Below are positions 1 through 6,512 of a DNA stretch of 13,686 nt, one piece after another. Where the stretch lies: NCBI GenBank assembly GCA_049599475.1, contig JBMYOQ010000097.1, forward strand, positions 1-13,686, written 5' to 3'. Numbering within the stretch: the first letter of the stretch is position 1; every line of letters starts with the position of its first letter. Under the pieces are notes generated by a model, which did not search any database, was not told the origin of the DNA, and saw only the letters and a program-made list of their open reading frames with translations. This DNA is from Opitutales bacterium. GTDB taxonomy: Bacteria > Verrucomicrobiota > Verrucomicrobiia > Opitutales > JABSRG01. The translations under genes were made by a program, and so were the position numbers.

Positions 1-18
1 CAGCTGATACGCAGCATT

Positions 19-44
19 CGGCCGCTCGGAGATCGGCCGCTACC
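19..44 (-). repeat. REP-like palindrome (GTAG-type)
   Basis: Minus strand reads GGTAG-CGGCCG-A-TC-TCC-GA-G-CGGCCG. This is a GTAG tetranucleotide followed by an imperfect GC-rich hairpin, the architecture of RAYT-associated REPs. Copy number elsewhere cannot be seen. Confidence 0.5.
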
Positions 45-91
45 GATGACATCATTCTAAGCGCAGCGCCATTGCTTCGCTATCTCCGGCA

Positions 92-119
92 AGACTCCGT
101 CGAGGACAGCGTCTCTCCC
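92..119 (-). repeat. REP-like palindrome (GGAG-type)
   Basis: Minus strand reads GGGAG-AGAC-G-CTGTC-CTC-GACGG-A-GTCT. This is a GGAG tetranucleotide followed by an imperfect hairpin with a G/A mismatch in the stem. Confidence 0.4.
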
Positions 120-292
120 GGAAAACACACGTCTATAGTTTGAGTTCAGTGCGAACGGACTTTTGAGAATTGTTATAAATACCAAGCTTTACCGGATTCG
201 CATAATTGCTCTCCGCGGAGACCGGGGCATTGCGACGTGACGCAGGATTGTGGTCTGTCTATGACCCATTCGGTGCCTACCTAGGCAATAGC

Positions 293-778
293 TTACATTC
301 CTGACTTTTCGAGAGTGTATTTTAGAATGCCTCTGCATCCATCTTCCATAAGGTCTAATACATGTTCGAATCCCGACTGACCGCCGTAGTATGGGTCTGG
401 GACTTCCTGGTCGGAGTGATGCTCGCAAAAATCGCAAAACTTGCGTAAGGAAGCTCTGCTTTCACCCTGGGGCGCGATGGCTGATGCGTTTTCGAAATTT
501 GCATCGTCCATAGTGACAATCAGGTCGAATTTTTGGAAATCGTCTTCTGCTAATTGCCGAGCGGCTCCTTCTATTCTGTAGCCGCGCTTGGCGCCGGCTG
601 AGCGCATGCGGGAATCGGGCGAATTGCCCGTGTGGAATCCAATAGTGCCTGCGGAGTCGATTTCGATGGTGTCGCTGTGTCCTTCAGATTCTACAATGTG
701 GCGAAAGATGCATTCACCTGCCGGCGAGCGGCATATGTTTCCCATGCAGACGAACAAGACTTTGAACGGACCTTCCAT
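293..778 (-). CDS. Low-molecular-weight protein-tyrosine phosphatase (LMW-PTP family)
   Basis: 161 aa. P-loop VLFVCMGNICRS (CX5R), DSAGT motif, FDLIVTMD, and the general-acid motif VPDPYYGG. Confidence 0.95.
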   Translation of the reverse strand: MEGPFKVLFVCMGNICRSPAGECIFRHIVESEGHSDTIEIDSAGTIGFHTGNSPDSRMRSAGAKRGYRIEGAARQLAEDDFQKFDLIVTMDDANFENASAIAPQGESRASLRKFCDFCEHHSDQEVPDPYYGGQSGFEHVLDLMEDGCRGILKYTLEKSGM

Positions 779-835
779 TTCGACGAGAAGAATCTCTAAG
801 CCTCAATCCGAGGTCAAGGATGCATGGTGGCTGCG

Positions 836-3280
836 CTAGAAAGTAGCGTCTACACTCAAGCGTGCAGCCCAGGATCCAAACTGGTTGTTGGTCACACGTA
901 CCGGATCTCCGAGGTAAGCGCGCTCGGGATGGTCTGTAAGATTAAACAGTTTGGCGCTGAAACTGATATCATCGTTCAGTTTATATTTGGCATTTGCATC
1001 GAGGGAAAATGTTTCCTCTCGGTATCGGTCTTCTCCGCGGGAACCGCCCACATCGTCCAGGGAGTAGCTTTGAAAGGCTACACTGATGCCTCCAGATATC
1101 GGTCCTTTTTCCAATGAAAGGCTTGTGAGTAAATTATGTCGCGACCGACCTGGGACCAGAATCTCTTCACCTGGACGTGTCGGAACTGTGGCCTCGGATT
1201 CTGAAAGTGTATAAGCGAAGGAAAATGATCCACCATCGAAGACTGGTTCGAGGAAATCTAGGTCTTTCTCATACTGGAATTGCAGGCCATAGATGTCGCC
1301 CTCGTCGCCGTTGCCGATTGTGCGGGTATTGAAGGTTTCTCCTAGGAATTGCTGGGTTGAGGAAGCGTCATAAAAGAAGTCGCTGATCTTTTTGTAGTAA
1401 ATTTCGAAGCCGAAATCACCCCAACTGCTGTCATATTCGACTGCAACCTGGAAGCTATCGATTACAGTGGGCTCGAGATCTGGATTGCCTCGGGAAATGT
1501 TTCGGGTCGGAAAGCTAATCCGCTCATAAGGGACGATGTCGAAATACTGTGGTCGCATTAGAATCTCGTACCAGGACGCGGTAAACTGCAGCTCTGGAGA
1601 GGTGCGATAGGTCGCTTCGATTGTCGGCAAAAAATTCCAGTAGTTGTTTGTTTGAGTCGTTTCGAAAGGCATATCATCTTCGCCGACGTTGGTGCCTGTT
1701 GTTTCCGTCTCCGTATATTCGGCCCTGGCTCCGGCGTCGATGCGAAGGCGTCCGAACCCGAGGCTGGAATGCACGTAGAAACCACTTACAGACTCGTAGG
1801 CATCATAGAGTTGACGTGCTGTTTCTAGGAATGAGCTTCTTTCGTTGAACACAAATAAGTCCGGATTTTCTACTACAAAATTTCTGCCGTCTGTTGGGGC
1901 AAGTCCGCGACTTAAGGGGTATGTAGCTTCTACGATATAACCTGGATCAAAATCCTTTTGGACGTCTTCGAGCGTGAACACGTCATCAGGATTTGCTCCG
2001 AAAACTTGCCGGTTGTGATCATTATTGCGCTCTTTTTCACGGTAAAGAATACCTGTGCTGAGAAACGATTCAGAGCTGCCGAAATCGATTTCCGAGTCGA
2101 AGTCTATCCGGGCTGCGTAGTCGGTATCTGTTGTCGTGGTATCGTGGATGCGTAGAGAGCTGAAGTTTGCTTGGGAAATGTCTCTGACGTCAAAGGCGGA
2201 ACCGTCGCGTGTGAGTTCAAAGCTGGGCAGGTATCGGTCCTCTACCGAATAAGATCCTGCTAGGCCGAAGTCGAAGAAGTTCCAATCATACCAAAGCACC
2301 TTATTTTCGAACTCACTCGCATAGAGAGAGTAGTCGATGCTCCAAGAATCTTCATCCACCTTTCCGCCAATTACGTAGCGTTGGGTAAAGCGGTCTGTAT
2401 CGGTGTCGCCATGGTAGCGGCGAATCCAAGCATTCGTGTAGTCCCCTTCGGTGATCGAAGTTGCATCGCCTATGGGTCCATCGCCAAATCCTGGAACAGC
2501 AGAATTTTGCCTGAAGTTCATTTCCGAGCGATTGCGATTGTTATTCGAAAAATAATCTGAGAGCGATGCCTCGAAGTAAGTTCTGTGGCTTTCGTTCCAT
2601 GCATGTTCAGCGCGGAATTTATAGGCATGTGAGCGCGTGTAGATTAGATCTCTCGAGGTTCTCAATCGATCTAGAAAATATACTTCGTCGCCGTTAAGGT
2701 TTGTCTGTGCAATGGCTTGCTCGTTCTCGTCAAGGATGCGGTTGCCGTCCTCGTCGAGCTCGAGAAGCTCGGTCCAATTCGATTGGTAGTGTTCAAAAAT
2801 TCGATCACTGGCAGAGGTGCGTGCGCTTACTTCGATTGCCCAGTCCGAATCTTTGCCGAAAATCTCACGAATGCTGATAGAGCCTCCCGGTTTGAATGTA
2901 GAGGACTGATCAGAGAAATAGACATCCATGCTGGCTTTTCTCTGATCGGAGCTATCTAGGACGTCGCTGCTCTTGAAATACCCACGGAAGTCTACGCCTT
3001 CTCCGTCAAAGTATGCACCACGGCTGGACCCCAAGTTTCCAAAAGTTTGGTATTCAGAAGCAATCGGGTTGCGTTTCAAAAGGACCCGCCCACGCTCCCG
3101 TGGCGACTCGTTCGTGACGTCGTTTGAATCCGAGGAGCTGTTAAGCGTTTCGGTGCTGGTATCCGTCTTTAGATCAGACGCAGGGGAAACGGTGTTCGCT
3201 TCTGTAGTCTGTGCACTCAGCGAGTTTAGTTGCAATACGGCAGTTGCCAATGCACATGCAGATTGGTATCGAGATTTCAT
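836..3280 (-). CDS. TonB-dependent receptor-like outer-membrane beta-barrel with a very short, degenerate plug
   Basis: Start placed at ATG 3280 because it opens a signal peptide (MKSRYQSACALATAVLQLNSLSA-Q); the track's TTG at 3307 is less likely. TBDR barrel motifs: GARAEYTET, NFLPT, RGNPDLEP, FNLTD. C-terminal outer-membrane signature LSVDATF. Confidence 0.85.
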   Translation of the reverse strand: MKSRYQSACALATAVLQLNSLSAQTTEANTVSPASDLKTDTSTETLNSSSDSNDVTNESPRERGRVLLKRNPIASEYQTFGNLGSSRGAYFDGEGVDFRGYFKSSDVLDSSDQRKASMDVYFSDQSSTFKPGGSISIREIFGKDSDWAIEVSARTSASDRIFEHYQSNWTELLELDEDGNRILDENEQAIAQTNLNGDEVYFLDRLRTSRDLIYTRSHAYKFRAEHAWNESHRTYFEASLSDYFSNNNRNRSEMNFRQNSAVPGFGDGPIGDATSITEGDYTNAWIRRYHGDTDTDRFTQRYVIGGKVDEDSWSIDYSLYASEFENKVLWYDWNFFDFGLAGSYSVEDRYLPSFELTRDGSAFDVRDISQANFSSLRIHDTTTTDTDYAARIDFDSEIDFGSSESFLSTGILYREKERNNDHNRQVFGANPDDVFTLEDVQKDFDPGYIVEATYPLSRGLAPTDGRNFVVENPDLFVFNERSSFLETARQLYDAYESVSGFYVHSSLGFGRLRIDAGARAEYTETETTGTNVGEDDMPFETTQTNNYWNFLPTIEATYRTSPELQFTASWYEILMRPQYFDIVPYERISFPTRNISRGNPDLEPTVIDSFQVAVEYDSSWGDFGFEIYYKKISDFFYDASSTQQFLGETFNTRTIGNGDEGDIYGLQFQYEKDLDFLEPVFDGGSFSFAYTLSESEATVPTRPGEEILVPGRSRHNLLTSLSLEKGPISGGISVAFQSYSLDDVGGSRGEDRYREETFSLDANAKYKLNDDISFSAKLFNLTDHPERAYLGDPVRVTNNQFGSWAARLSVDATF

Positions 3281-3299
3281 AGGTGGGCATCTATTTAGG

Positions 3300-3314
3300 G
3301 TAAACAAGGTTTAC
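3300..3314. promoter_or_regulatory. Palindromic candidate operator GTAAAC-AAG-GTTTAC
   Basis: Perfect 6-3-6 inverted repeat 20 bp upstream of the left TBDR ATG. It directly abuts a -10-like TATATT (minus strand, 3315-3320). Confidence 0.4.
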
Positions 3315-3396
3315 AATATACTGCGCATCACTCGTTTACGAATCCTATCGGAAGTTCTGTTAGAAGACTCAATAAGCCTGAGTTCGCAATGTCTAA

Positions 3397-3411
3397 ATGA
3401 ACTTTGTTCAT
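3397..3411. promoter_or_regulatory. Palindromic candidate operator/UAS ATGAAC-TTT-GTTCAT
   Basis: Perfect 6-3-6 inverted repeat with the same geometry and AAC-N3-GTT core as 3300-3314. It lies about 70 bp upstream of the sigma54-like -24 box. Confidence 0.4.
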
Positions 3412-3477
3412 AATAAGTATGCGTAGATCTTCTGAAAAAATTCTAAGATGTCTCACAAATGTTTCAATAGGCCGAAT

Positions 3478-3495
3478 TTTGGCAAAGGAACTGCA
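3478..3495 (+). promoter_or_regulatory. Sigma54 (RpoN) -24/-12 promoter for the right TBDR
   Basis: TTTGGCAAAGGAACTGCA has GG(3481-3482)-N10-GC(3493-3494), matching TGGCA-N6-(T/C)TGCA with correct spacing and orientation. It lies about 65 bp upstream of the ATG. Confidence 0.6.
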
Positions 3496-3513
3496 AAGGG
3501 TGTCCGTGCTAAT

Positions 3514-3541
3514 TGACCTCAAATCTGTCTCTCTGAGGTCA
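3514..3541 (+). promoter_or_regulatory. Inverted repeat TGACCTCA-N12-TGAGGTCA in the predicted 5' UTR
   Basis: Perfect 8-bp arms at 3514-3521 and 3534-3541, between the predicted sigma54 transcription start and the ATG at 3562. Confidence 0.4.
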
Positions 3542-3561
3542 GACCTGCAAACTAACTAAAG

Positions 3562-6330
3562 ATGCCCAACATGAATACTGATACACCTCAGTCGAGGTCG
3601 CGGTCAGGCGTGTCAACGTACGCCTCCGCATCTCTCTCAGCCAAAAAGTGGCTAACAATCGGTCTGTCCAGTTTCCTTACTGCGGGAGCAGTCGGAAGCT
3701 TGATGGCCCAAGAAGAAGAAGTCTTAGAGCTTGAGGGCTTTGAGTCTAATGTTCGCGGTGAATCGCGTGCTACGAATGCGCTCGATATTTCTGCTTTGAA
3801 CACCGTTTTGCCGGGAACAAGTCCTGAGAAAATGCTCGATAAGATTCCAGGGGTTAACGTTGTTACACGTGACCCATTCGGTTTCTACGAATTTGGTAAT
3901 GACGTCCGCGTCCGCGCATTCAACTTGCAGAACATCGGTGTTACTTTGGATGGTATGCCAAACGGTAACAACTCTGCTCGCTATGGTACTCCGATCGGGC
4001 GTATGCTCGACACTGACAACTTAGCAACGATCAAGGTGTCACAGGGTGCCGGTGATGTTGCTACTCCTGCATACCAGGCCCTAGGTGGATCACTCCAATA
4101 TTTCTCTGTTGATCCTGAAAAGGAAATGGGTGCGACTTTGAAAGCTGCTTATGGTAGCTTTGATTACCAGCGTATGTTTGGTAAGTTTGAAACGGGTGAA
4201 ATTATACCAGGTCTCACCGCTTATGTAAGTGGTTCATTGTTTGAATTCAAAACGCGCGGACTCGAAAGGGTAAACGCCGTAAGTGATCGTGAACACTATG
4301 ATTTCAAAACAAAGTACGAACTTCCTAATGGAAATGGTTCTATTTCGTTCTCATACGCTTACAACAACCGCAATGACTTTGACACACTCGGTTTAGACTG
4401 GGCGGAGTATCGTGGCCTCGAAACTGGGCAAGTTCCAGAGGGCTATGAAAGTGATACTTCTGTAGTCGCTTTCACCGCGGGTGGTTACCGCGAATACACA
4501 CCTTTCAATGACCCAGGCCTGGGTTCATTCGATTATGGTGACCTCTCTGATCAAGGTAGAAACTACGGCCCTCCTACTTACATCGACCCATCGGTTGATC
4601 CAGGTGCAGGCGTCAATGCTAACTACTACAATCTTTGGAGAAATGGTCGTCGCGACAATATCTACCGTTTCAACATCGACTATGATTTCACCGATGAAAT
4701 CAGTCTGTCAGTAGTTCCTTACTATCACGATAAAAACAGTTACGGTTTGTTCGGTCGTTCAAACTCATTTGCATCTTCTCAGGTGCGCTCGGCATTTTTT
4801 GCTGATCCAGATCGGACCGATATTACTGGAGGTTCTGTTACCTTTGACCCTGGCACTGGAACCTATTGGAATTCTGGAGCAGAAGAGTTTACTGGTACTT
4901 GGTTCGATGCTGATGGAAATGCTATCGCATTCCCAGACCCTTCTGGATTTGATTTGACTACAGTTGCCGGAACTGAAGCTTATCAAGACGCATTTGACGA
5001 TGCTTTTGGATCCATCGCAGTAGATGGAATTCCTGGGCGCACAGGCCGTGACGAAGAGTTTGGTGGATTCCGTTATGGTATTACCAGCAGCCTTACATGG
5101 GAAACGGACAACAACAAGTTGGTTGTTGGTGGTTGGTATGAGTATGACCGTCACATCACCGAGCGTCCCAACTACAACCTCCAGAATGGTGGTTCCGTTG
5201 TAGGATGGTTCGAGTATGACCAGTTCAACTTCCTGAACTACTCTCGCTACATCAAGCAGTATACTTATCAGGGTTGGATCCAGGACACATATACAACCTT
5301 GGATGGTGCTCTCGATATCATTGGCGGTATTAAGATGCTCAAGCTTGATCGCGATGCAGACGGCTTTTTGACTGTAACTGAGTGGATTAACAACACACCT
5401 ACAGCGCGTTCTACTTCCTACGAAGATACATTCCTTCCTCAGTTTGGTCTTGTTTATCGTATCAACGACGAACTCGAAGCGTTCTTCAACTACTCTGAGA
5501 ACTTGTCCGTGCCTACCGCTGGAACGATTACAACTGCGGGTGACACCTTTGACCCGAATCTGTTGGCTCCGGAGTATTCTGAGAACTTCGATATCGGTTT
5601 CCGTGGTGAATACGAAGATGTGTCTTTCACATTCCAAGCTTATATGCTCGAATACACAGACCGTATTCTCTCATCTCCTGTTCCACTCACAACAGCGGGT
5701 GAAAGTGCTGCGGGTAACAGCCGCTTCGTCAATGTCGGCGGTGTTGACTCATGGGGTGCTGAGGCGAGTGTCGATTGGACAACTCCCGTTGAAGGCTTAA
5801 CGCTTACTGCTTCATTGGCCATCCAGGAGTCAACATTCGCGGAAGATCTACGTTCGGACGTGTTCTACCAGGATGCGGCCGCTGCCCTCCCGAGCGAAAC
5901 AGATGCCCTCCGTTTTGTCGACAATGGAGTTGTTGATGCACCCGGAAGTCTAATTGATGGACAGCGTGAAGTTCTTGAGTTCACCAAGATCGGCGACAAG
6001 GATTTGGGTAACACTCCATTCCTCACAGCTAACTTCGACGCTACTTATGTATATGATGCGTGGACTTTCGGATTCTCCGGTAAGTTCTACGACGATGTGT
6101 ATGTAAATACGCTAAACACACAACCGCTTGATTCTTACACAACCTTCGATGCGTCTGTCGCATACAAGGGTAAAGAAGGCACAGCGCTTGAAGGATGGAA
6201 AGCGACTCTTGCTGCAACGAACGTATTTGACCAATACTACTGGCTCGCTCGTTCTTACAACGACGAAGATGGTCAAGTCCTCGCAGACAGAGGTCGTGTT
6301 ATTACATTCACCGTTACTGCAGAATTCTAA
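3562..6330 (+). CDS. TonB-dependent receptor (complete plug + barrel)
   Basis: 922 aa. Long signal peptide ending in LMA-Q and an acidic TonB-box-like EEEVLELEGFE. Plug motifs LDKIPGVNV, VRVRAF, TLDGMP, IKVSQGAG, LGGSLQY. Barrel motifs FLPQFGLVY, LAPEYSENFDIG, NVFDQYY. Terminal FTVTAEF. Confidence 0.95.
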   Translation: MPNMNTDTPQSRSRSGVSTYASASLSAKKWLTIGLSSFLTAGAVGSLMAQEEEVLELEGFESNVRGESRATNALDISALNTVLPGTSPEKMLDKIPGVNVVTRDPFGFYEFGNDVRVRAFNLQNIGVTLDGMPNGNNSARYGTPIGRMLDTDNLATIKVSQGAGDVATPAYQALGGSLQYFSVDPEKEMGATLKAAYGSFDYQRMFGKFETGEIIPGLTAYVSGSLFEFKTRGLERVNAVSDREHYDFKTKYELPNGNGSISFSYAYNNRNDFDTLGLDWAEYRGLETGQVPEGYESDTSVVAFTAGGYREYTPFNDPGLGSFDYGDLSDQGRNYGPPTYIDPSVDPGAGVNANYYNLWRNGRRDNIYRFNIDYDFTDEISLSVVPYYHDKNSYGLFGRSNSFASSQVRSAFFADPDRTDITGGSVTFDPGTGTYWNSGAEEFTGTWFDADGNAIAFPDPSGFDLTTVAGTEAYQDAFDDAFGSIAVDGIPGRTGRDEEFGGFRYGITSSLTWETDNNKLVVGGWYEYDRHITERPNYNLQNGGSVVGWFEYDQFNFLNYSRYIKQYTYQGWIQDTYTTLDGALDIIGGIKMLKLDRDADGFLTVTEWINNTPTARSTSYEDTFLPQFGLVYRINDELEAFFNYSENLSVPTAGTITTAGDTFDPNLLAPEYSENFDIGFRGEYEDVSFTFQAYMLEYTDRILSSPVPLTTAGESAAGNSRFVNVGGVDSWGAEASVDWTTPVEGLTLTASLAIQESTFAEDLRSDVFYQDAAAALPSETDALRFVDNGVVDAPGSLIDGQREVLEFTKIGDKDLGNTPFLTANFDATYVYDAWTFGFSGKFYDDVYVNTLNTQPLDSYTTFDASVAYKGKEGTALEGWKATLAATNVFDQYYWLARSYNDEDGQVLADRGRVITFTVTAEF

Positions 6331-6368
6331 AAAACTCTTTGTCTAATAGAGTTCACTGATTGCTAATC

Positions 6369-6401
6369 AAGAGCGGGTTCGATAGAGCCCGCTCTTTTTT
6401 T
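6369..6401 (+). terminator. Rho-independent terminator of the right TBDR
   Basis: GAGCGGGTTC-GATA-GAGCCCGCTC stem-loop followed by a T7 tract, about 40 bp after the stop codon. Confidence 0.9.
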
Positions 6402-6512
6402 GTTTCAAGGCTCGTGAATTTGATTGTCTCTCGAAGAAATTGAGGCGGTTCGTCCTACCAGTTTATTTGCGAAAAAACTTTCGAGAAATAGCATGGGATG
6501 TTTTAAAACGTA

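Noticed and set aside
210..277. Short palindromes TCTCCGCGGAGA (210-221) and TGCCTA-CC-TAGGCA (264-277) downstream of the phosphatase
   Set aside because: They have no U-tract and little or no loop, so they cannot be supported as terminators or REPs.
189..437. 82-aa minus-strand ORF and the other short ORFs overlapping major genes (e.g. 2973-3413, 8542-8862, 8961-9293, 13121-13417)
   Set aside because: They are alternate-frame or antisense shadows of supported genes with no protein-like motifs.
3281..3307. TTG start of the left TBDR at 3307
   Set aside because: It falls within the palindrome/promoter region. ATG 3280 begins a typical signal peptide.
3328..3522. 64-aa ORF in the TBDR intergenic region
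   Set aside because: It has no recognisable features and runs through the promoter elements. It is better explained as chance.
4765..5637. 290-aa antisense ORF inside the right TBDR
   Set aside because: It lies wholly opposite a well-supported gene with strong codon bias, which readily produces stop-free antisense frames. It has no recognisable motifs.
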